Positions 1 to 53,332 of a DNA stretch of 64,000 nt are shown here, piece by piece. Source of the DNA: Chrysomallon squamiferum. Taxonomy: Eukaryota > Animalia > Mollusca. Both the position numbers and the translations under genes were made by a program. Numbering within the stretch: position 1 is the stretch's first letter; every line of letters starts with the position of its first letter. The notes beneath the pieces are model-generated. The model had not been told where the DNA came from and searched no databases. It worked only from the letters and a program-made list of their open reading frames with translations. The stretch spans positions 496,001-560,000 of the forward strand of contig CM022675.1 in the NCBI GenBank assembly GCA_012295275.1, given 5' to 3'.

Positions 1-2620
1 TGAAATAATCCAGTGTATAGTACTTACTAAAATATATCGGTGTATAGTAGTTACTAAAATATACCAGTGTATAATACTTACTAAAATACAGCAGTGTATA
101 GTGCTTACTAACATATAGCAGTTTATAGTACTTACTAAAATATACCAGTGTATTGTACTTACTAAAATATAGCAGTGTACAATACTTACTAAAATACACC
201 AGTGTATAGCACTTACTAAAATATACCGGTGTATAATACTTACTAAAATATAGCAGTGCATAGTGCTTACTAAAATATAGCAGTTTATAGTACTTACTAA
301 AATATACCAGTGTATAGTACTTAATAAAAGAGACCACTGTATTGTACTTACTAAAATATAGCAGTTTATACTACTTAATCAAATGTACCAGTGTATTGTA
401 CTTACTATAATATACCAGTATATAGTACTAAATAAAATATACCACTGTATTGTACTTACGAAAATATAGTAGTTTATAACTCTTGCTAAAATATACCAGT
501 GTATAGTACTTACTAAAATATACCAGTTTATGATAGTTAGTTAAATATATCAGTGTACAGTACTTAGTAAAATGTATCAGTATATAGTTCTTACTAAAAC
601 ATCACAGTTTATAGTACTTACTAAAATATACCAATGTATAGTACTTAGTAAAATATACCAGTGTACAGATAATAGGAAAATGAATCAGTGTATAGTTCTT
701 ACTAAAATATACCAGTTTATAGTACTTACTAAAATATACCAGTGTATAGTACTTACTAAAATATACCAGTGTATAATACTTAATAAAATGTAGCAGTGTA
801 TAGTTGTGACTAAAATATAGCAGTTCTTAGTACTTAATAAAATTTACCAATGTACTGTTCTTACTAAAATATACCAATTTGCAGTACTTACTAAACTATA
901 CAATTGCATAATATGTATTAAATATACCTGTGTATAGCACTTAGTAAAATATATTAGTGTACAGTACTTACTAAAATATATCAGTTTACAGCACTTACTA
1001 AAATATACGAGTGTATAGTACTTACTAAAATATTACAGTGTACAGTACTTACTAAAATATACCAGTGTATAGTACTTACTAAAATATACCAATGTATAGT
1101 ACTTAGTAAAATATACCAGTGTACAGTTAATAGGAAAATGAATCAGTGTATAGTTCTTACTAAAATACACCAGTTTATAGTAATTACTAAAATATACCAG
1201 TGTATAGTACTTACTAAAATATTACAGTGTACAGTACGTACTAAAATATACCAGTGTATAGTACTTACTAAAATATATCAGTGTATAATACTTAATAAAA
1301 TGTAGCAGTGTATAGTTGTTATTAAAATACAGCAGTTTTTAGTGCTTAATAAAATATACCAATGTACTGTTCTTACTAAAATATACCAGTTTACAGTACT
1401 TACTAAACTATATCATTGCATAATATTTATTAAATATACCTGTGTATAGCACTTAGTAAAATATATCAGTGTACAGTACTTACTGAAATATACCCGTGTA
1501 CAGTACTTACTGAAATATACCAGTGTGTAGTACTTATCGCAATATACCAGTGTATAGTATTTACTAAAATATACCAATGTATTGTAGATACAAACATATA
1601 TTAATTGATAATACTTACTAAAGTGTACCAGTGTATTGTTCTTACTAAAATATAGCAGTTTATAGTACTTACTAAACTATACCATTGCATAATATTTCTT
1701 AAATATACCTGTGTATAGCACTTACTAAAATATATCAGTGTACAGTACTTACTAAAATATACCCGTGTGTAGTACTTACTAAAATATACCAGTGTACAGT
1801 ACTTACTAAAATATACCAGTGTGTAATACTTACCGCAATATACCAGTGTATAGTATTTACTAAAATATACCAGTGTATAGTTCTTACTAAAATATATCTG
1901 TATATAGTACTAAAATATACCAGTGTATAATACTTAATAAAATATTGCATTGTATATTGCTTACTAAAATATAGCAGTTTATACTACTTATTAAAATATA
2001 CCAGTGTATTGTACTTACTAAAATTTACCAGAGTATAGTACTTAATCAAATATACCACTGTACTGTACTTACCAAAATATTGTAGTTTATTATACTTACT
2101 AAAATGTACCAGTGCATTGCACTTACTAAAATATACTAGTGTATATTAGTTACTAAATTATACCATTGTATTTTACTCAATAAAATATACCACAGTATTT
2201 TACTGACTAAAATATAGTAGTTTATAGTTCTTTCTTAAATATTCCAGTGAATTTTAATTTCTAAAATATATCAGTTTATTGTACTTATTAAAATATATCA
2301 CCGTATAGTAGTTACTAAAATATAGCAGTGTACGGTACTTACTAAAATATACCAGCGTATAGTACTTACTATAATATACCAGTGTACAGTTGTTACTAAA
2401 ATATACGAGTGTACAGTACTTACTAAAATATACGAGTCTACAGTACTTACTAAAATATATCTGTGTACAGTACATATTAAAATATACCAGTGTACAGTAC
2501 TTACTGAAATATACCAGTGTACAGTACTTACCAAAATATACCAACGTATAGTACTTACTATAATATACTAGTGTACAGTACTTACTAATATATACCAGTG
2601 TATGGTACTTACTAAAATAA
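1..2620. repeat. 27-bp minisatellite/satellite array (consensus ~CCAGTGTATAGTACTTACTAAAATATA), ~95 copies, runs off the window start
   Basis: Tandem unit is directly visible. The variant block AATAGGAAAATGAATCAG recurs near 671 and 1129, indicating internal higher-order duplication. Confidence 0.95.
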
Positions 2621-2739
2621 TTACAATCAGTAAAGCATTATCATAATGAAGATATACGTAAACTCAGTAATAATCATTATCGGCATTGTCATCATTATCT
2701 TTATCATTATTATTATTATTATTGTTAGTATTATTATTA

Positions 2740-2798
<59 letters not shown>

Positions 2799-3699
2799 GG
2801 ATATTGTATAGCTATCTAGATTGCTATATATGCATGTGTACAAAGTTAAATAATGGGAGATACAGAAAGGACTTATACTAATATTTTCTTAAATCTCTCT
2901 CGGTTTCATTATTCTTGCTAGTTCACTAATTGTTTTAATGTGATGTATTAACAAAAAGTGAAATGTAGAAATCACATATATATAATGTTTTGGTTATTAT
3001 TATTATTATTATTATTGTTGTTGTTGTTGTTGTTGTTGTTATCGTTGATCCTGTTTTTACTATTAGTGTGTTATTAAATGTTTTAGACAAAATGTACTGA
3101 ATATAATTGTTCTAAAGAAATGGTATCTTAGTAAAACCTTTCTTGTTATAATAAAGAAAACTCGTAACAATATTGACAGATGATATAAAAACATTCAGAA
3201 AGTTCAATACTTTTGTTTCGAGCCTTATTTCCAGTCAAAACGTTTTCATATAATTATATCCAACTAATAAATATATTTGTATTAAAAATCAATCTCATCG
3301 TCATGTTGATTTAACACTATATGGTGCAAATACTAATTAAAACGGATATCCTCATAATTATTTTAAAAACTCGCAAATATTTATATTTAAGAAACAGATT
3401 ATTACATTCTAAATGCTAACTATGAAACTGTTCATGCCGTTTAAAAAATAAATTATTAAAATTTGTATTACAAAGACTTCTTCTTAATCCAGAATCTTAT
3501 GATGACCTCATCTTGGTAAACTCCTTTTAAGAAAAACGATTTCTTTTTTATTATTTTGTTTATGATAGAAATGGTATGTGTTGTTTTTATTATTCACATA
3601 CACATTTAATAATATATATTTTATTTGTTAATTTATTGATTTATTATTATTATTATAATTATAATTATTATTATTATTATTATTATTATTATAATTATA

Positions 3700-3757
<58 letters not shown>

Positions 3758-6288
3758 TGTAGCTGTCAAATATTTTTAATTTTGTATTGAAGAACTGATA
3801 ATAATTATAAAACCTAGGGAAGTACATGCAAAAGACAGATATCAAATATCAATTTGAAATCTACATAATAAAGAGTGACTTAAGTTGTTTATTTTGTACA
3901 TAACGGCATGAAATATTTTTTATATTAATCTGTGCATACGTACGTCACAATTACTTGTACTAAACTATAATAATAGTTTAAGAAAACACGTTGTATTTCT
4001 ACGATATGTACAATGCGTACGTACTCATGTCGGTATTTAAATTTCGTTAATTTATTATAGTTATGTAATCATTTTTTCGGTATAGATGCATAGGATATAA
4101 ATTAATAGATAAATAGATAGATAAATAAATAAATAAGTAAAAGTATTCCAAACTTTAGTCTTTACAACAAACTTGTTTTAACTGGAATTTTTTCCTACTT
4201 TTCCTACATTTAAGCAGTTGATTCCAAACATTCGATATCTTAAATGTCTTTCTTCTTATACACTTAACTCATTTCTTTTCCACCCACTCCCTAGAAATGC
4301 AAGCTGCGATTTTACAACGAACTTTGAATGAAAGAAAACAACAAACTACAAACTAATTATTTTTATTGCGGCTTCGCCCGATTCCTTTTAATTACTATAA
4401 GAAAAACATCTGTAATTCAAATTAAGAAATACAATACACATAAACACAGAAAACAAGTAAGGTAAGAAGGTGACTTGTTGCAGATGTAAACGATTAAAAA
4501 TTGCTGATCGACATCTGAACTCTACTTGTGCCACGAAAGACGAACTTCAATAATTTATGAAAGTAGCATACCAGCACACACAATCGGGCACTCATACAGA
4601 AATAAAAATATCCGTTTAGTTTATGAATTACTTTTTCGTGTTTTTGCATAGCACTTCAAGTAAACACTTTTCTCAATTGCTGAGATGTCTTTGTTACTCG
4701 CAGTGAAATGGAGTGACAGGGAAGACTAACTAGCTATCGTCTATTGGCTTGGAAACATTGTTTACTCACCCAGTGTTTAGTTACAGTAGGCTGGCCTGGC
4801 CCATAGTCAGTCAGTGGAGTGTAACCTCACCCATATACCGGGTACACGATTCTAAAAGAAAAACTATTTAGATCACAGTGAAAAATCTTCAAATTGTGAC
4901 GTGTCATTTTTTATCAATCCTGTGAGATTCAAGGCGTTGTATGCGATTTCAGTACCGATAGTTTATGTTATTTCTCTCTCCCTCTCCATTAACAGAAAGT
5001 CAGAACATTTTTCCTTTATTACGATGATTATTTTTAAACTATTCATGCATATAGATGATACACTTTGAAAAAAGTATTATCTTTTTATAACACTGATAAT
5101 GTGATGATGACGACAACGAAGACGACGATGATGATAATAATGTTTTTTTTCCGTTTCCCTTGAGTTATATTAATAATCATATGCATTTGGAATACCAAAC
5201 ATAGTTTCAGAACGCAACAGAAACATTTGAAATAAGTACATATATATATATATATATATATATAAAGACAAGTAAATTGATTCTGTTTTTCTTTTTCAAC
5301 TTAATGGACAGATTACATAATAATTTTTTTATGTGGAACATAGATAAGCAAATTGTGGATTTGTTGTCCTAATCAACAAAACTCATAATACTAACAAATG
5401 TAAAATCATTTAAGAAAGTGCAATATTTTGCTCCGAGATTTAGCTCCACTACAAACAGCCAGTAATTATATTTGTTATAAAAATGTGTTTCTTCATGTTA
5501 ATTAATCATTATTACAGACACCACCATAGCTCTGTTTTAACAACTTGCTATGTTTTGTTTTACAGAAAAAATGTAACAGATTTTTACATTTTCTTAATGT
5601 AAAATATTAAACTAAAAACGCCTTTGTAAAAATAAAATATTTGAGAGAAAAAAACAACACAAAAACATGAAGATTTGCTATTTGAATAAAACAGTGTAAA
5701 ACGATACTATAGAGGCAACGTACTTTCGTATTTATTCTGCAATTGAAGATTTTTATTTCAGTTTCACAGAAGGATGAGAAACATTAAATTACTAAGTGAA
5801 CAGAATAAATAAAATGATTATATATGATACTGACATGCAAGGTGTGAAGAATATATTTTACCCTCTCCACCTGAAACAGATATTTATTTTAATGAAATAT
5901 TATTATGTTTTTCTGTGACATATATATTAATAATACATTTATATCTCATTTAGCAATGTTAAAACCATTAACTTCATTCATTGTGATACACCATTTATAT
6001 CTTGATTAATAATTCTTATAACAAATGCTTAAACAAGGTCTACAAACTGATACTTACAGTTTTAAATACTGTTAATTTATTATTATTGCACCTTTCATGT
6101 CTGATAATAAGTCATATCTCATTCTGTCGTATACTATTCTATCACAACTATTTTGTCACGTGTAGTCTTTGCTATAATAATTATTATCTCAAAGTCAAAA
6201 CTTTCGTTTTCAATACACGTTTAATAATATTTAATAAACTCAGAAGCGGGGACATTTTAATTAATTTACCATAGCAGGATGCCATCTG

Positions 6289-6347
<59 letters not shown>

Positions 6348-6563
6348 TATTATTGTTGTTGTTGTTGTTGTTGTCGCTGTTATAGTTGTTGCTGATTTTA
6401 TTGTTGTTTGTCCCTGTTGAAAATATATCCAGCAACTAAATTAACTGCATTGTGTTACTGCATATCAAATTGCATATTTCTGAACATTTTTAGATCAGAA
6501 AGAAATCAGATATTTTAAATGAATCCTATAAATTATTTAATGTGAACTTTTTAAAATTTGCAG

Positions 6564-44691
<38,128 letters not shown>

Positions 44692-44839
44692 ATCGGTAAC
44701 TGAACTTTGATATTTCACGTGTTCTACCATTCACGGATGAAGTCCGGTTACCTATCTTTTACTGATGTTCTCTCAAATACGAAACATTTCATACAAATTT
44801 TAGATTAAAAAAAAACACTGATTATTGATTATCGATATT

Positions 44840-45235
44840 CGTTAAAATCATTGACTTTTAACTATAGATATTTGTAAAAATTACTGTTATTTGTCGATAT
44901 ATGTTAAAATTATTGACTGTTAACTATGGATATTTGTAAAAAAAAATACTGTTATTTGTCGATATAAGTCAAAATCATTGACTGTTAACTATGGATATTT
45001 CTAGAAAAAAAAATACTGTTATTTGTCGATATATGTTAAACTCATTGACTGTTAACTGGATAAAAAAAAATACTGTTGCTTGTCGATATATGTCCAAATC
45101 ATTTAGTGTTAACTATGGATATTTGTAAAAAATAGTGTTGTTTGTTGATATATGTTAAAATCATTGACTGTTAACTATGGATATTTGTAAAAAATAGTGT
45201 TATTTGTCGATATGTTAAAATCATTCAGTGTTTGC
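44840..45235. repeat. ~58-60-bp tandem repeat just downstream of the CHS stop, ~7 copies
   Basis: Unit ~GTTAAAATCATTGACTGTTAACTATGGATATTTGTAAAAAATACTGTTATTTGTCGATATAT. Confidence 0.88.
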
Positions 45236-46188
45236 TGTTAATATCTCTACCACCCGGTTTTTCTGTTGATAACACCTGAGCTGTCAGGAAAACGTGCTTG
45301 ATCATTCGTCACGTGCATGATATAATTATTTTTAAGTAGTTTAGTACCGGTAACGAAACATCATATTAATAACAGATACATATACATATATATATATATA
45401 CAGATTAAAGAAAGAGAAAACGTTAACAGTAAAAAAAATAATAATTAAAAAAATAAAAAAGAAACATAGATATTTTCTTTAACATCGTTTTATTTTAATT
45501 ACACAAAATAATCAATGAATCCAAAATAACAATAAATTATAAACACAAACTAATACAAATAAACAGGAGTATACATTCCATTAATCTAAATTATTATTGT
45601 TGTTTTTGTTGTTGTTGTTGTTGTTGTTGCTGCTGCTGTTGTTATTGTTGTTGTTATTCTTACTGCTGTTGTTTTCGTTAATGCATTAATTAACTGAATT
45701 ATTTTCCGTATGCAGTTTTTAATTCTTGCTATACAACAGTAATCGTGACGTCACTTCGTTGATAAAAAATCGTGTTTTTGGGCAATGACTAGCTATTCGG
45801 AATACATTAAGTTATAAAGAACACTGAAATCTTTTCAGAATATGTATAATGTCAACATGTGGTCTTTCAACGTGTGGGTTAAGCACGGCTGTTCCCTGTT
45901 TTATAATATCTTTCCAGCAGAGGCACTCATTTCAAATATGAAAGACATGCAAATCCAGTATTTCTAACGAAAGAAAGCTGGGGCTAAATGAAGCGCAAAA
46001 AAATATATTTGTTTATATATTAAGCATTTGGTCAGCATAATAAAACAAAACAAACAGTAATTTATATAAGTAAATATTGTAAGTGTAACAGTGGAAAACA
46101 TAATATTTAATGTATAATATATTTAATATTTAATAGATAGGCATATAAACATATATAATATGATAGTAAGACATATATAATAATATCG

Positions 46189-46191
<3 letters not shown>

Positions 46192-46285
<94 letters not shown>
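46192..46285. repeat. (AG)n microsatellite
   Basis: Directly visible. Confidence 0.95.
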
Positions 46286-46287
<2 letters not shown>

Positions 46288-46621
46288 TAAGAAATAATAC
46301 ACAATAATATTACCAAAATTCATAATATATAAAATTCAAAACAAAATACAAAAACAAACAAAAAATGAGCTTAGTGATAAATGAGCATCATCATCAATCA
46401 TCATTAATCATTCCAAACGAATAGTCACGTGATCTTTGCTGAAAGTCTGTTTAAACGTTCTTCCTTTTTTCTTCTTCTTTTTTTTTAAAAATCACGGTTT
46501 TAGATGATAAATTTGAAAAATAATCATTATAATTGCTTTCTTCTCTCCTTCGTTGAAAAGTAGACTACACCCTGCACCCTGTTAGATCAGATGTGGATTC
46601 GCCTCCTGGGGGTGGGGAAAG

Positions 46622-49146
<2,525 letters not shown>

Positions 49147-49735
49147 CTGGAAGGAGAAATAAATGAATAAATAAATGCATACGCTCGTACAAACCGATGA
49201 ACATACATACATACATACATCCGTACATACGTACATACGTACATACATACATACATACATACACACATACATACACACACACACAAACACACACACAGAC
49301 AGACACACACACAGAGAGAGACACACACACATACATACATACATACATACATACATACACAAACACACACACAGACACACACACAGAGAGAGACACACAT
49401 ATACACACAGACACACACACAAACACACACACACACATACATACATACATACATACATACATACATACATACATACATACATACATACATACATAAACTG
49501 GTGGAGAGATGGAGAAACAGAGAGGCAGGCCGAAATGTAGATAGACAAACAGACATACATACAGACAGAGAGAATAAAATACTTATAATCATTTAATTTA
49601 CACACACAGACACACAGACACACACCACACACAAACATACACATGTAATTATATATATATATACATACATAAACACACCTGCTTATATAAATACACCAAA
49701 CATAATATAAATCGATGAGTCAGTGTCTCTAGATT

Positions 49736-49776
<41 letters not shown>

Positions 49777-50278
49777 CGCGCGCGCGCGCGTGAAGAAAAA
49801 CATACTGTCAGCTCTTCGTCTTAATTCTAATAACAGACACAGTTATTTCCCCTGCTCTCTGGGTCATAACATTCTATCCTGACTGTCATTTACGTATAAA
49901 ATGAGTTCTGCAGACGTGGTGTGTTATACAACACACATGGCATAAGCGAAGCAAAAATAAACACGAGAAATAAGAAAAAGCGAGAGAGAACATAAAAAGA
50001 TAATAATAATAAACAATGAAGTAATAAATAATAGGAAAGAGGGTAAATAAATAAATAATAATAACAAATAGTAGTAGTGTTGTGGTGGTGATGGTAGTAG
50101 TAGTAATGGTAGTAGTAGTAGCAGTAATAGCAGTGGTAATAGCAGTAGTAATAGAAGTAGTTTTTGTTCTGTTTGTAGTAGTAGTAGTTGTTGTGATGGT
50201 AGTAATAATAACAAAAAAGAAAATTAAAAAAAAAAAAAAAAACAGAATATAAAGTAAAGAAAGAAATAAAATTCATCA

Positions 50279-50328
<50 letters not shown>

Positions 50329-50359
50329 ATAATCATCATTATTGCTATATTATTATTAG

Positions 50360-50437
<78 letters not shown>

Positions 50438-50759
50438 GCTGTTGTTGTTGTTTGTTTTGTTTTTGTTTGTTTTTTATTTATATGTATATATTAGTTTAAA
50501 CCTAATTTTGGCCCAGCTGTTTACTGTTTTTGTTATAAAAGTCAAACCTCTTTGTAATGTACCCCAGTTGACCGCTTTCCACAAATGTTTACGCTCTAAA
50601 AATGTCTGAGCATCGACTGTCTGTATTTGAATACACTCAAACCCTGATGATGTAAAATATAATAAAAGTACCCGTTAATCTCTAACAGGCGATCTTGTCC
50701 ACGATCATCAAGTAAACGAAGCTGAATTTTGAGTCATAAATAAAAATTCCATTTGCTGT

Positions 50760-50790
<31 letters not shown>

Positions 50791-51984
50791 TTTGTTATTT
50801 GTGTGTGTGTTGTTTTCTGGGTTTTTTTTTTTTTCCTTTTATGTATTTATTTTTAAAAAAAACTTCAAAGGAAATCAGCTTGGCATGATAAAAATGAAAA
50901 TGCTTTTAAGTTGATATCTCTGAAGTGATCAGTTTGTTGCCATTAGCTGACCACGTGCTGGTGTTTGCGGGATGTAGAAAATACTGTTTTATGACGTAGA
51001 AAATACTGTTTTATGACGTAGAAAATACTGTGTTGTTTAGTATCAGTGTGACGAATAACGAATTTCCATGGAAACAGAAAGAACAGCATGTCCTTCATTT
51101 CTGTGCGAGCAGGGTTTTCTTTACCAACGAAAACGTGTTTCAATTTCTTTAACTGTTATTGTTCATTACCTGGTTTATTTCATTTTGCTGAACTCTAGTT
51201 ATAAAGATTGTTTTTCATGGAACATGCGTTTTATTATTCATAAATTTATTTATTTATTATAAATTATTTATTTATTTATTTATTTTTATTTTATTTTATT
51301 TTATATTTCCTGGGTTTTTTAAGCAATTTATTAATTTATTTTTTATCATCATTAATATTGTTATTATTATTATTTCCTTAAATTCGTTCGTTAGTATTTA
51401 TCAGAATCGTTCAACATACTTTTTATCATTCTCTACGACAAACAAGCCCCCTGCATTGAGATGAAAAGTAATTCAAAAACCTCAGAAAACTCGCTGTAAT
51501 ATCCATTTTCGTTAATAACTAAAGGGGTTTCAGGTATCAGGTAGTTTTTATAATTAAATTTATTTGGACTCGCTAATTATCCTCCCCCTCCCGCTAAAGT
51601 CAACAACGACTAAAATAATATTTATTTATTTATTTATTATTGCTTTCTCTTAAAAAAATAAAAATAAAAAATAAAAAACAAGAACAATAAAAACTAATCT
51701 ATGAACTCGGAGGTTATCTGTTCTTGATTGTCGTTGGAATTTCCGGTCTGATGGAATCCCGCAGAATGTAACAAACAGCCCGCGCTGACTGTTGTCTAAA
51801 TTTAGCTCGCAGATCTGCAGCGATGAAGAGGTGAACAAGACGAAAATTTATCGTGCAGCTGTTTTTCAGTTTACGGATATAACGTATGTGTCGCTTTGTG
51901 TTTTAAAAATATAACATAATAATGATGAAGATCATGATGATGACGATGATGATGATAACAGTAATAACGATGATCATGATCATG

Positions 51985-52023
<39 letters not shown>

Positions 52024-53187
52024 TTAATAATAATAAATATGATTATGATGGTAATAATAATAAGAACAACAACAACAGCAGCAGCAACAACAACAACAAC
52101 GCCCAGTAACAAAATAAAATAAATTCGTACATAGTGCGTAGAGAATTGGCCTTCTTGTAAAAACCACGCCTCCATGAATCATAAAATTCATATGGGGCAG
52201 AAAAAATAATAATAATAAAGAAATCTGGGAGTATGTTAATCATTAATTTTATGATCATCTTTAGCTTTTTCAGGTGTGTTTTTTTTTTTTTTTTTTTTAC
52301 TGTTATTCATTATTATTTTTATTTGTATATATATATATATTTGTTTGTTTGTTTTTTTCCCTAGAGAAAATACGGGAAAGTATTTACAACATATTTGATT
52401 GACCGAAAAAAATATACTTGTTGGAACGGATAAAAAGGCTTTAAAGCCGAACAGTTTAAGAGTACTTAGATGTGTGGATATATGTTATTATAGCTAATGT
52501 TCTAAGAGACTAACAGAATATATTAATTCACAAAATAATAATAATAATAATAATAATAAATACATAAATAAATAAATTAAATTAAATTAAATTAAATTAA
52601 ATTAAATTAAATTAAATATCAGGGTTATGATACGTACTTTTATTAAATGCCAATTATAAATGTGATAAAAAGTTTTAGGAGAAAGATTCTTTTTTTTTTT
52701 TTTTCTGTTTTTGTTTTCTTTTTTCTTCTGTTTTAAGTTGAAAGAGGCGATTGCATCATTTACGATTAGTCATGAACACAAACAGGGAAAGTCAGCACAG
52801 ACCGCTGACGTCACTGATAAACTAAAATGAATATAGTTTACGTATTTAATACCTACGGTATTTTTCGGTTCATGATCAAAGGGAGTCTTTTCTAAACTTG
52901 TTTACTCTTACCTGAAAATTGATATAGAAATAAAATAAAATAAGACAAAAATAATAATATTAGTTAAATAAATAAATAGATAAATAAGTAAATAAAACAA
53001 AATAAATTAAAACTAAAGTAAAATAAATAGTTAAAATAAGCAAATGAATAAATGCTGTAACAGTATTTATAAAAGAAACAGCTGACACATTTGTAAATTA
53101 ATCTATACTTTAATCTTTCCGCTTCCAGAACACAACATTAGATGTTTATCTCTATTTAATTTGAATACATATTACGCAACTAACGTT

Positions 53188-53188
<1 letters not shown>

Positions 53189-53250
<62 letters not shown>

Positions 53251-53266
53251 AGAAGAAGAAACCCGA

Positions 53267-53326
<60 letters not shown>
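53189..53326. repeat. Adjacent complementary (AG)n and (TC)n tracts
   Basis: An AG tract of ~58 nt, a short spacer, then a TC tract of ~57 nt. Confidence 0.92.

Positions 53327-53332
<6 letters not shown>

Noticed and set aside
572-2544. ORFs in the 27-bp array
   Set aside because: The unit length is a multiple of three, which gives periodic spurious peptides with no splice or homology support.
1-2620. Shared origin of the 27-bp and 32-bp satellites (TTTAGTA..TACT core in opposite orientation)
   Set aside because: The similarity is short and AT-rich and cannot be distinguished from chance by eye.
6241-6274. RSGDILINLP, resembling the myosin GDILI motif
   Set aside because: Followed immediately by a stop with no donor; the real motif is in exon 6564-6635.
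49806-49910. Micro-exon candidates for the EF-hand gene 5' end
   Set aside because: 49826-49806 has a stop in the required phase, and the other candidate has no supportable start.
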